DNA of 64,000 bases, taken from the human T2T-CHM13v2.0 reference genome, Homo sapiens. Under the pieces are notes generated by a model that had not been told where the DNA came from, made no database searches, and saw only the letters and a list, made by a program, of their open reading frames with translations. Positions 30,350 through 43,722 of the stretch are shown piece by piece. The stretch lies in NCBI RefSeq assembly GCF_009914755.1, contig NC_060932.1; one strand, given 5' to 3'. The translations under genes and the position numbers were made by a program. Numbering within the stretch: the stretch's first letter is position 1; each line of letters starts with the position of its first letter.

Positions 30350-30570
30350 GATAAGGCTAGAGTTAGGGTTAGCACTACCTTTAGGTTCAGAGTTAAGGTT
30401 ATGATTAGGTTTATGGTTAGTGTTGGATTAGGGTTCAGTTTAGGATGATGGTGAGATTTAGGTTCAGGCTTAGGGTTAGCATTTATGCTAGGGTTAGTGT
30501 TTGTGTTAACTCTACCCTTAAGGCTACAGGTTAGGTTGATGTTAAGGTTAGGATTAAGTTAGATTCTAGG
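30350..30570 (+). repeat. Degenerate TTAGGG-like tract
   Basis: Three perfect TTAGGG plus many variants (ttaagg, ttaggt, ttagtg, ttagga). Confidence 0.65.
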
Positions 30571-30949
30571 ATACAAAGGACAGTTTTACAAAAGATATTC
30601 TTGCAAATGTTACTTCATATGATAAAAGAAAACATCTTCCACATTTTTACCCATTTCCTTGGAACTAGCAAAAATACTATTGTAGTAGAATGCCTATTTT
30701 ATAGTATTCCACGATTAAAAACAACTATAAAGTTTTCCATAGTTGATCAGAGTATTTTTAAATCTCTAGTACTGAAAAGGCAAGTAACACTTTTAATGTC
30801 AATGTTAACACCCGAGAGGTCAATTTGTCAAGGGTATTCAATTTATACTACCTTCTTCCCCTGACATTCTCAGCCACCAACATAAAAGCTGATACCATTA
30901 AAGTAAAATGCCATGATCTGAAATGCACTTACATTTTATCTGAAAACAT

Positions 30950-31710
30950 TTATATATATATAATATACAGATATTATTGCCTATTATATATGTAATATAC
31001 AGATATTATTGCCTATTATATACATAATATACAGATATTATTGCCTATTATATACGTAATATACAGATATTATTGCCTATTATATACGTAATATACAGAT
31101 ATTATTGCCTATTATATACGTAATATACAGATATTATTGCCTATTATATATGTAATTTACAGATATTATTGCCTATTATATATGTAATATACATATATTA
31201 CATATTATATATGTAATATACATATATTACATATTATATATGTAATATACATATATTACATATTATATATGTAATATACATATATTACATATTATATATG
31301 TAATATACATATATTACATATTATATATGTAATATACATATATTACATATTATATATGTAATATACATATTAATATACATATGTAACACGTATTACATAT
31401 GTATTATATGTAATATATGTATATATGTAATAGTATATGTAATATTACATATAACTAATTATTGTAACATGTAATTATATGTAATATTATATTACATATA
31501 ATATTACATATTACATATTACATATATTATATGTAATATTACATATAATATTATATATTATACATATATTATATGTGATATTACATATATTATATATGTG
31601 ATATTACATATATTATATATGTGATATATATGTTATATATGTAATATATGTATATTACATATATTAATATACTTATGTAATATACATATTAATATACATA
31701 TATATACACA
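30950..31710. repeat. Compound AT-rich minisatellite
   Basis: 7 x 32-bp units (30961-31184), 6 x 29-bp units (31185-31358), then a degenerate TA-rich tract. Confidence 0.95.
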
Positions 31711-31789
31711 TACTTTTGAAGTACCAGTCACTTGTCAAGCACCATAAACCAAAACACAATCTGTTTAATAAGGTTTCCAAATCATTAGA

Positions 31790-32485
31790 CGTCACTCAAA
31801 TAGATACTTTCAGCTAGACCTCACTCTCCAACAACTTTAAGTGTCTAGTGACTGAATGATGTCCTCACATAGCACCTGAACTTCAACAGGTCCAAACATG
31901 GTCTCCACAGCCCTCGCCCAACACACCTGCTTCTCCTTCTGTTCTTCCATTTGATTTAATGGCAGCACCATTTACCAAGTGCTCTAAACCAGAAACTTTT
32001 CATCAACTCATTTTTCCTCACCTCCCCCTGTCCCATCCTGTTGTGAAAATTACCTCAAACCTTCTTTCTGCCCCTCTCTTTATTTCTATTATTTCTTGCC
32101 TAAACCATTTGCAACAGCCTCTCAAATAACCTTGAAATAACTTTCCTACCTCCAAGTTCTTCCTTGTCCAATCTGTCCTCCCCACACTGTCACCAGAATG
32201 TGCCATCTTTGCTCTACTACCCACCAGTTGAAAATCTTTGCTAGGTTCTGTTCTAGAGTCTCTTTCATGAAAACTTTCTCATTCCTCTGTTGGCCTGGAA
32301 TTTTCCACTTCCTTCTTTGCACCCTCCCATACCTTGTACATCTATGGTTGCGCTTACCATAGTTGATTACACGTGTTTCCCTTGAGTAGCTTATAAACTT
32401 CTCAAAATCAAGATGATCTCATTCACTCCTGTACAACCAGTTCACTGAAAAGTGCCTGGCATATGGTAGGTGCTCACAACATTTT
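31790..32485 (+). mobile_element. L2 fragments
   Basis: aatggcagcaccatttaccaag ... agtgcctggcatatggtaggtgctc (L2 3' end). Confidence 0.65.
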
Positions 32486-33029
32486 GCTGAAAAAAAGAAA
32501 AATAGCTTACAAGACCAAGTAACACTCACAGATCCTCTTTATATAATAGTGTGTCCGGTCCCAAAATAAAACTTATGCTGTGTAAGGCTTCTTAAAAAAG
32601 TACACCCTGCATCTTAACAGGAAGTTACAGATTAATAAACAGCTGACAGAATGAACTAAACAGCATCCAGTGACTCACCAGGGGACCGTTCAATCGCTGC
32701 TCACTAGATTCAGGGAGAGAGAAGATGGGGCCAAACCATCATTCCCCATTGACGGGAAGATTTTGCAAAGATGCTTGAAAGCCCTGGGTATCAGGGCGAT
32801 GCCTATTTGCCTACACTGTAGTGGAAATTCAGGAACAGAAAAAGGCCATAGCAAAAATGAATTTGGGGGGCTGTGTGAATACAGACACCAGATAAATACC
32901 AAATATGTGGCCACAGAATGTCTAACACACCCTACTTCATCCCTTGTGTAACATACAGTCTTGCATGAGGTATATGCTCAGTTTTTAAGTTACTCTTCAT
33001 GAGAATATGTGGTGAATGCATAGACGAGA

Positions 33030-33450
33030 CATGGATTTACCCTGGATTTTCTTCTGCCTTTGCCACCTCTGCAACAACACCAAGACCAACCCCTTATCTT
33101 CCTCCTCCTCGCCCTACTCAACATGAAGACAAACAGAATGAAGGCCTTTGTGATGATCCACTTCCACTTAATAAATAGTAAATATATTTTCTCTTCTCAT
33201 GATTTTCTTAATAATTTTTCTCTAGCTTACATTACTATAAGAATATTTTATGTGTACAATACACATAAAATACAAAATATGTGTTAATTGTTTATGTTAT
33301 CAGTAAGGCTTTCAGTCAACAGTAGGCTATTAGTAGTTAAGTTTTGGGGGAGTCAAAAGTTATACTCAGGTTTTTGACTTCAAGAAGGGTGGGAGGATGT
33401 GGGGGTAGGAGGGGCTGTCTCTAACCTCCTAGGCATTCAAGGGCCAACTC
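33030..33450. mobile_element. Tigger2a-like DNA transposon
   Basis: gatgatccacttccacttaat ... gtcaacagtaggctattagtagttaagttttgggggagtcaaaagttatac ... caagggccaact. Confidence 0.8.
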
Positions 33451-33764
33451 TATATGGTTTTCTGTAACTACCGGCTGTCCACACTGTGCGGAACTAAGAC
33501 GAGGTTGAGGAAGCTGGCTTCACAATTTTAAAATCCAAGAGCTCAGCTGCCGGTCTTCATTACAGAGCTGAGGGCCCAAAAGGCACAGCCTTGGGCTCAG
33601 GCTGCCTGGAGCAGATGCCTCCCATCTGAAGCATTTCTCGCAGACATAATGTTAAAACCCAGCACCTTGGAAGGTTAGATCTGATTGAGAACTCCCATTG
33701 GCAGCTCTCTCCTGGAAAGGTGTATGTGGCCAGAGGAAACAGGAGAGGAGGACTGGCCAGCGAC

Positions 33765-34105
33765 AATATACACACCCATCATGGCCAGACCATATATAAA
33801 AATAGAACTCTGACCCGTGACCCCTGCAGCAACCTGACCCAGAGCGTCAAGACTTGATCAATAACCACAAGCTTCCCTAAGGTTTGCCCTTCCTTTCCCC
33901 CTTCCAACTCAGGACCAACCCGAGAAAGCCAAATATGTTTCCCAAGCTAATTGCATGGGATACCTGCCTCCAGGTCCCCGACGCCAGCAGCCTCCAATCG
34001 GGGCACAACTTAAAGCCTTCCGTTCTCCACGATGAAGGGTCCCCACTCCCCGGCCTGCCTCTGAGTCTTGCCACAGCAAGCTCTGAATAAACTGCCTCCC
34101 ACTAC
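33765..34105 (+). mobile_element. ERVL-type LTR remnant (MER68/MER77-like)
   Basis: aaaaatagaactctgaccc...aggaccaacccgagaaagccaaatatg...agcaagctctgaataaa. Confidence 0.55.
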
Positions 34106-34319
34106 CGTGGCCCTGGTGGATTTCCACCTGGGCGTCTGGAGCACACCGGGAGCTTGCCTACTGTGATGGAAGGCGCCTCTCCCTTGGTGGGGTTAGAGAG
34201 GTGGAACTGGAATTGGAAGGGTCACGTTCCAGTTCGGTGGGAGGAGTTGGGTGCAGGTAGATAGCCAGGGTGACGCCTCAGGCCAGGAGGTGGAGGTAGC
34301 TGGAGAAAGGAGGAAGGAG

Positions 34320-34880
34320 GCAAAGAAATCCTCCCTGCAGCGGTCCCCTGCGCCGGGCGCGGGAACAAGGGATGTGCGCGGCTCGTCCTTCCCCGGCCCG
34401 GCTGCTGAGGTGGCGGTGACTGTGGGGCAGCCGGGCCGTGCACGTCTGGAGACCGCCCGGGCGCTGGCCGCGGCTGGACCCCGGGAGCCGAACCGCGGGA
34501 GGGCGCTGTGCGGAGCCGGTGGTGGCCTGCTCGACGGAGGTGGCCGCCGTCACCCTACTGGTCCTGTGATACGTGCCCAAGGACTGCCCGGGAGCCAGAC
34601 CTGCCAGCGGGTGCAGGACACCAAGGTCAAGACTGGAGCAGGGAGAAATAGTGCTGCGGCCTGGAGAAGCGCATCAGCCAGGACCAGAGGACATCTGCGA
34701 GCTGCCGGGCGGCCAAGGGGAGGAAGTCCGGCTGGTGAACCTCGTGGTGGCGATGTGGCGCAGGTCCCCTAGGGTACCATGCTGCCTGCTACCACAGCAT
34801 CTTCAGGGAGGGTCACAGAAGAGGAGGAAGGCGCTGAACCCAGATTCCCGCCTGCTGTCAGCGTCCTAGGCCAGGGAGGG
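34320..34880. promoter_or_regulatory. CpG island (candidate promoter) overlapping the 5' part of the ATP2B-like pseudogene
   Basis: About 42 CpG in 34321-34760 by manual count and strongly GC-rich; the only non-Alu CpG-dense block in the window. Confidence 0.75.
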
Positions 34881-35717
34881 CTCTGGTTATAACTCACAAG
34901 CAGGCCTCATTGTTTTTCTGCTGGTTTTTTTGAAACTAAGAACAAAGGGAGTTAAAACAAAACAAAAACAGATTCTCATGGGACCAGCTGGGACACAACA
35001 GCCTGAGAGGGTGAAGGCAAAATGCGGCTGATTCAAACATACACCAAAAAACATATAATAATAATTTTGCAAGACAAACTTATAAAATTATCCATAATGA
35101 TTGGCAAGTGTGGTTGGCTCATGGCTATTTTCCTCATTGTCTCCTTAATGACAAATTTGGCAATACAGACTTTTGGGACTTGAGACAACCAAAGAATTTT
35201 AGATTGCATTGCAGTTTATACAGAATATATTATTGAGTTTTTCATTATGAGAATAACAATCTTGGTGGTGACTGTTCCTGAAAGCTTTTCTTTTGCAGTT
35301 CCCCTTTCCTTGGTTTATTCTGTAAAGAAAATGAAAGCTAATCACTCTGTGAGACATTTGGGTGCTTGTAAAACTATGGGAAATGCAACAGTCTTCTGTT
35401 CTGATAAAGCAAGCACATTACTATTCCAGGAGTCCAGGCTTCCATTGGTAAAGCTCATTGTGTAAGTCCCATATCCATTTAGAAATACGTTTTTGACAGG
35501 TATTGCTGTTCATTGTTCTTATAACAATTTTTTAGTTGTTGAGGGTCCACCCAAACAGATTGGCAATATAATAGAATGTGTCTTTTTGGGATTTCTTCAT
35601 CATTTCAGAATAGATGTTGAGAAAGAAAAGAAAAAAGAAAGTAAGGGAGGGAGGGAGGGAGAGAAGGAGGGAGGGAGGGAGGGAAAGAGAGAGAAGGAAA
35701 AGAAAGAGCATACCACA

Positions 35718-36003
<286 letters not shown>

Positions 36004-36346
36004 AGCATACCACATAAGAGTTTATAGCAAATATTAGCATATATCTTCAACTCAGAAAATCTATGACTACTGTCTTCAAACTGCCCGACGAGAGTTTTTG
36101 GTTGTTCAAAGAGGGAGTCTCAGAACTATCACTTAACAGGGGTGTCAAATCCTGAATGAAGAGGGAATCCCTGTGTTTTCCAAAGTGTCATGAAACCAAT
36201 GGCTTGTGCAGGGCTAAAAATACTGTGCCTGATATTCAGAAATTCTGCAGATACTGACAACAAACCTGGCTGAGCAATGCATAAGATATTACTACAGATC
36301 TTGCATGAATTGCTTTTGTAGGCATTGAAGATGCTATGAGAGCCAA

Positions 36347-36768
36347 GGTGTAAGTTTCCTGTGGCTGCTTCAACAAAGCTCTGCAACCTGAGTAGCTTGA
36401 AACAACAGGAATGTATTTTTATCCAGTTCTAGAGCCCAGAGGTCTCAGAGGCCATGTTCCTTCTGAAGGCTCCAGGGAAAAATTCTTCCTTGCTTTTCTC
36501 ACAGATTCTGGTGGTTGCTGGCAAACTTTGGCATTCCTTGACTTGGAGCTTCTAGCTTCATATGGCCTTCTGTCTTCTGTATTTCTGTGTCCAAATTTCT
36601 ATCTTTTTTTCAGGCCAGCACTTTACTGGATTAGGGCCCTCCGCAGTCTAATGTGACTTCATCTTGATTACATTTACAAAGACCTTATTCCAAATAAGGT
36701 CATGTTCACAGGAACCAGAGTTCGGACTTGAATACATCTTTTTGGGAGACATATTTCAACCGTCAACA
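36347..36768 (-). mobile_element. MLT1C-like MaLR LTR inserted between VGIED and PEVP codons
   Basis: agtttcctgtggctgc...gaaggctccagggaa...caaagaccttattccaaataaggtca; ATPase homology resumes at cct gag gtg cca (36769). Confidence 0.85.
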
Positions 36769-37022
36769 CCTGAGGTGCCAAATGCAGTTTCATAATGCCA
36801 GCATACTAGATTCACTGCGTGTGTGATTCTAGTGACAATCTCCACATTGTAAGGGCCGTTGCCCTGAAATATAGCATTGTAAAGGTCCCTGAAGGTTACC
36901 CATGTTTAGAGGGTACAGATTTCAAGAAACTAATGCGTAAAAATGACAATGGAGAAATTGAAAAAGAAAAAGGGCTCAAAAACAAGCGTTGGTCAAAATT
37001 TCATGTACTTGCAAGATCCAGC

Positions 37023-37497
37023 TGGTGATAGTTAATTTTCTGTGTTCATTTGACTGGGTTGAGGGATGCCTAGCTAACTGCTAGAAACATTGTTTCTGGG
37101 TGTGTCTTTGGGGCTGTTTCTGAAGGGGCTGTTAGCATTTAAATCAGTATACTAAAGATTGCCCTCACTTAATCTTTTGAGGGCCAAATAGAACTAAAGG
37201 GCAGAGGAAGGGTGAATTCATTCTCCCTGTTTGATCTGGGACATCTGTATTCTAATTCCCTGGGACATCAGCACTTCTCGGGCCTTCTTGGACTAGGAAT
37301 TATAGCAGCGGCTCTCCTGGTTCTCAGACCTTCAGACTCCGACTGAATTACACCACCAGCTCTCGTGGTTCTCCAACACACAGAAGGCTAATTGTGGGAC
37401 TTAGCACCCTCCATAATCATGTTAGTCAATTCCTATCATGAATCTTCTCCTATATAACTTGTTGCTTCTATTTCTCTAGAGAACCCTGGCTGATACC
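37023..37497 (+). mobile_element. MLT2B-like ERVL LTR inserted after VLARSS
   Basis: gtgatagttaattt...tttctctagagaaccctggctgatac; 5-bp TSD ccagc (37018-37022 / 37498-37502). Confidence 0.9.
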
Positions 37498-38168
37498 CCA
37501 GCCTTGCTGTTAAATATACTATTACTTAGTTAAAATGTGTAATGAATAATGTTTCAAGACAGAGGCAAATTGTAACAGTTACTGGTGATGGTCCTCGTGA
37601 TGGCCCAGTGTTAAAGAGAGCAGATGTTGGATCTGCAACGGGATTAACAGAAACAAAGATAGCTAAAGAAGTTTCCTATATCGTTCTTACCGATGACGAC
37701 CTTGCAAGTATTGTTAAAGCTGTCACATGCGGTAGAAATGTTTATGACAGCATCTTCACATTCCTTCCATTTCAGTTGGCTGTCAGTGTCACACTTGTCG
37801 CCTTCACAGCTGCATGTGTTGTTGTCCAGGATTCTCCTTCTAAAGCTGGTCAAACCCCTCTGGTGAATCTCATAGTGGATGCTTTTACTTCCTTCGCTCT
37901 GGCAACTGAAAAGACTATGGCATCACTTCTGCTTTGTAAATCTTATGGTGGAAAAAAATCTTTCCTGTCCATTTATAAAATTGGTGTATAACAATTTTAT
38001 ATACAGTGTATAGTTACTTTTAGTCTTATGTTTGCTATAAACTCCTTTTTTAATTTTGAAAGTGGAAGAAACACCATCCTACATGCTCTTCCTTCTCTCC
38101 TTCTACCTATTTTGTAATGATATGTTTATAATGATATATTTATAATTTAGTACTTCTGTTGGATGCAA

Positions 38169-38332
38169 CATATATATGTATATATGTATATGTATATATG
38201 TATATATGTATATGTATATATGTGTATATATGTATATGTATATATGTATATGTATATATGTGTATATATATGTATATGTATATATGTGTATATATATGTA
38301 TATGTATATATGTATATATGTATATATATATA
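38169..38332. repeat. (TATATG/TATG)n microsatellite replacing an Alu poly-T tail
   Basis: Alternating purine-pyrimidine run abutting the 3' end of the antisense Alu. Confidence 0.93.
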
Positions 38333-38612
38333 TGGAGTTTCACTCTTTGTTACCCAGACTGGAGTGCAGTGGCACGATCTTGGCTTACTGCAACCTTGCC
38401 TTCTGGGTTCAAGCGATTCTCCTGCCTCAGCCTCCCGAGTAGCTGGGATTACAGGTGCCCACCACCATGCCCAGCTAATTTTTTGTATTTTTAGTAGAGA
38501 TGGGGTTTCACCATATTGGGCAGGCTGGTCTCGAACTCCTGACCTCAGGTGATCCACCTGCCTCGGCCTCCCAAAGTGCTGGGATTACAGGCATGAGCCA
38601 CCGCACCTGGCC
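38333..38612 (-). mobile_element. AluSx/Sq-like, inserted at the MQ|LFNE codons
   Basis: ctcctgacctcaggtgatccacc; pseudogene sequence atgcaac resumes as aactttttaatgaa. Confidence 0.9.
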
Positions 38613-38696
38613 AACTTTTTAATGAAATGAATGCCAGGAAGCTTCATTGCAAAACAAACATATTTGAAAGACTTTTCGGTAATATCTTTTGTCTAA

Positions 38697-39065
<369 letters not shown>

Positions 39066-39119
39066 TGATTTAGTAAGTTATTTACTTAATTTACTAAATA
39101 TACGTCAGAGTCAGAATTA

Positions 39120-39545
<426 letters not shown>

Positions 39546-40272
39546 GATGTATTTCTTCCATTCATGCACTCTGTCAGGTCACCCAGTATAAGGAAAGGAA
39601 CCCTTTCCAAATTTATACACATTTTATCTTAAATACTTAAAATATCCTAATACCCCCAAAACAACTTCATTTTATCCTTTTCCTAAAATCTTAGATTTTG
39701 CTTTTATAATAAATGAATGGAGTTGTCATCACTTTTACTTTTAAAAGCTGTTTTTTGGAAGTGAAGGATACACAGAGAGCTGTATTTTAGACAGAAGGGT
39801 AACGTGAGAATTCCATATAACTAAAGCATGGACAAGAAAAAAATATTCTAACTGTTGTATTTCCTTTCATCTTTTAGCAGAAGTCCAAGAACAAAATTAT
39901 GAATAAGTTAATATATTATATTTGCTATTAATAAAAATCAACTATCTACATTATATGAGACAAAGACATGTTTAAAAGGCCAAGTAATTTATTGAAACTA
40001 TTGTTATTATATACTATAGATAAAGGATACATGTTATTATAAAAACACAGGCAAGTTAGGTGCTTTCTAAAAAATATAGGCAGCTATGTTCCAATGTAAC
40101 GGCTTTTGAATTAAATTGTTCTTTAAGTGCAGATACCCTTCGTGATTACTGAAAAGAAAAGGAGAAAAAATCTGAACCGTGTTTTGTCTATTTGTTATCT
40201 GGCCAAGCTACCATTGTAACTGGGTCCTTGCAGTTCATCTGAAACATAACAAGGTCTCCATAGGGAAAATGA

Positions 40273-40657
<385 letters not shown>

Positions 40658-42919
40658 TGAGTCATCTTATATTTGGACACTTTTGCCTTAAAGATTTAGC
40701 TTTAAGGTTACATTTGGAAGATTTCACGTTTGGATTTGTCACCAAACTCCAGAAATTTTGCTCTTAATTATCCATTATGGGGAACAATAGACTCTACCCC
40801 TTTCCGTGTTTCTGTTTGATTGTTCTGCATAACAAACTTACGATGAAATGATTTTAAAATATAAGGTCTACTACACATACAGAGCCAGGGAATTTGGCCC
40901 TGTAGTTTGTTTACCTCCTTGTCTGTATAGATTCTTTCAATAAATCAGGCATTTGTTTGAAAGCTCCAGTGTCAACAGCACTGTTCTAAGTATTTTAGAG
41001 CGTTAGGGACAACAGAGATATGCTCTCTCTCTTAGAGCAAATTTTTGAACAATAAACTTTATAAAGCAAGAATATACTTAAATAGACGCTTTTTGCTTAC
41101 TGGAGAACCCACTAACTACCAAATTTACGGTTCGTAACTTCATATGCACTAGAGAACCCCATGAGAATTCAGGCTTCCCAAAGTTTAAAAAGCTTCTTAC
41201 TCACTTATGATTTTGCTTTCTTTTGTTTTTTTTTATCAGTCACAACAAGCCTCAGACTTTTACTAATGGATATTGCTATTTTCTAACAAGGAGGGAATCG
41301 CTTCTCATTACCACAGTTGCAATTTGTATTTATGAGGACATAATGACAAGAACCATCTAAATATGTCTAGTAATCTGACGAGCCCAAACCCGAAGATTCT
41401 TAAGAAAATGCTTACTTTAATTCTAACATAAAAGTTAGAAACACGTCTTTTCTGAATTATTTGAATGCCTGCTAAAAGAATCAATGGATTAAAAAAAATC
41501 ATTTGCTGCTTTCTTTGATTAATACAGTTAAAATAATCAGTGATTAAAAAAAAACCATGCTGTAATTGAGCTTCTATTTGAAAGTTTTGAAGAATTGTTA
41601 ACTCTCAGATATCACACAGTGGGATATGCTTTAGTTTATGGGGAAGTTATATCCAAGAGTGATCATTACTTATTTCTGATTTCTAAACAACAATGTTTGC
41701 TACTATTTTTTTGAATTATGATGCAATAATTGACTTATGAAATACATTTTTATCAACCTTTGTATAATATCAAGGCTGTTAACATTCTGAAAAAGAAAAT
41801 GATATTAACAGTAATGATGCTTCTTAATTTCCTCCTTGTGTCCAAAGAAGTTGCTAACAGGACATCCTCCTGAGAAGGAAGGAAGGACTTCTCATTCTGA
41901 CTCAATTATTATTCGCTTCTTTCTCTAAGCAATCCGGAGTCAGCTTTGAAAGGGGAGAATTCCTCTCTGGCCACAGCCCTGTGGAGCTGGGATGTTAGCC
42001 TGTTAAATTCATAGCTCATTTGTCCGTACCTTTCCCCACCTTCCAGCTGCAGGAATTCAATCTCCAGGCCTGGCAATAACTCGGAGGAACTAGTTCCAGG
42101 GCAGAAGAATCTCAGCTGGCACTAAAAGAAGTTACGTGGCTCCCAACCACATGGCGGCAGTCTTCGTGGTCACAAAGAGAATGGGGCTGTCCTCTTTTCC
42201 TCCACTCTTTTCTAGGACTGCTTTTCTCTTTCAGGATTGCCTCAGGTGATGATTTAAATCCAATTTATTTCACTAGTATGTGTCTGTCTTGGGGAGAGGA
42301 GTTGGTTCACCAGGACTTGAGGCAGAATCTGTTAATCCTTCCTTGCCCCTGACTCATCCCCTCCAATCTTCAGGGGAAGCTCTGCTGGTTGCCATTGGCA
42401 AAAGAACTTGCTTGCATCACAATTAGTACTCTATAGCCAAGTCTTTGCCAATAGGGTTAAGGCAACAAAAAAGTGAACTCCAGAAACATCAAGGAGAGTA
42501 CTAGTGGGTTTTTTGACAAATGGGATATAACTAGCTTAGTGACCTTGTCCCACCTCATTTATTTTATGTTCTCCATTATTAGAACAATTGTCCTTCATAA
42601 GTGCTTTTCCCTACCTGTTTTCCAAAAACTATCAGTGGATCATATTTGCTATGACATTAAATGTAACTGTGACTTGGCTTTTAAAGCCTTTCAAAATCCA
42701 GCTCCACCATGCCTTTCTGAATTCACTCCCTAAAGCTCCATAATCCTGAGTAAATTCTCATTTCAATTGGAATCATTTCCATAAATATTCATTGAGCACC
42801 TAGTTAATCCCAGACACTGTGCTATGTACTAGGAATAAATAAGATAAAGTCCCTGCCCTATAGGAGTTCAGGACATATCAGGAGAATTAACACGAATGTA
42901 GCTATAATATAATCATAAT

Positions 42920-43145
42920 AATAACAATCATTAACTTTATTGAGCCCATTCGTATAGTCCAGGCACCGTTCTAAGCATTTCATATCAATGTCTTTAATCC
43001 TCACAACAAACCTATGAGGTGGTATCATCAGTATCCTCATTTTATAGCTGAACCTCAGAGAGGTTGTTTTCCAAGATCACACAGTTAATAAATGAGTAAC
43101 TGAATCCAGACAATCTGGCTACAGAACCTACTTCCTTAACTACTA
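42920..43145 (-). mobile_element. MIR
   Basis: tttaatcctcacaacaaacctatgaggt...cctcattttatag...cagagagg. Confidence 0.8.
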
Positions 43146-43453
43146 TTATTATATAGATATTGTGAAGAGAGCTGTACTGGAAATGGAACAAAGGCTACAG
43201 GAACAGAAAGGATGCAATTCATTCAGCTTGGGGATATGGGAAATGGTGTCACAGAGACAATCTTGCTCTATTCCTTATTTATGTATACCCCTACCTCCTG
43301 GAAAGGAATCAGGACAGCTCACACTGGGAAAGGTATGCATTAAAGTAATGATAAAATTTAGAAATAAGGAGTCAGAACCAGGGACAATGTAAATATTGTA
43401 AGAAAATCAAGGCCAGAGGAAAAGTAAATTTCTTCTTAAAGGCATAGCTTAGT

Positions 43454-43722
43454 TGGCCAGGCGCGGTGGCTTATGTCTGTAATCCCAGCATTTTGGGAGG
43501 CTGAAGTGGGTGGATCATAAGGTCAGGAGTTCAAGATCAGCTTGGACAAGATGGTGAAATCCCCCTCTCTACTAAAAATACAAAAATTACCTGGGTGTAG
43601 TGGCGGGCGCCTGTAATCCCAGCTACTCGGGAGGCTGAGGCAGAGAACTGCATGAACCCAGGAGGCAGAGGTTGCAGGGAGTTGAGATCACGCCATTGCA
43701 CTCCAGCCTGGGCAAAAAAAAA
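43454..43722 (+). mobile_element. AluS (Sg-like), missing about 20 nt before the A-tail
   Basis: TSD atagcttagtt. Confidence 0.88.

Noticed and set aside
30350-30570. Chromosome fusion site
   Set aside because: No head-to-head TTAGGG/CCCTAA arrays; the tract is short and very degenerate.
30961-31358. 32/29-bp repeats as a CRISPR-like array
   Set aside because: Head-to-tail units with no unique spacers in a human context; it is a minisatellite.
34251-34772. 173-aa ORF in the CpG island as a novel gene
   Set aside because: It starts at GTG, GC-rich DNA is stop-poor, and it drifts across frameshifted ATP2B homology.
37542-37991. 149-aa ORF with a P-type ATPase hinge motif as a functional CDS or exon
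   Set aside because: It is a fragment of the pseudogene: GDGTND is mutated to GDGPRD, it is flanked by stops, frameshifts and LTR/Alu insertions, and there is no splice structure.
38140-38557. YI/YM-rich and Alu-derived ORFs (also 21660, 27871, 45339, 57165, 58473)
   Set aside because: Microsatellite and antisense-Alu translations.
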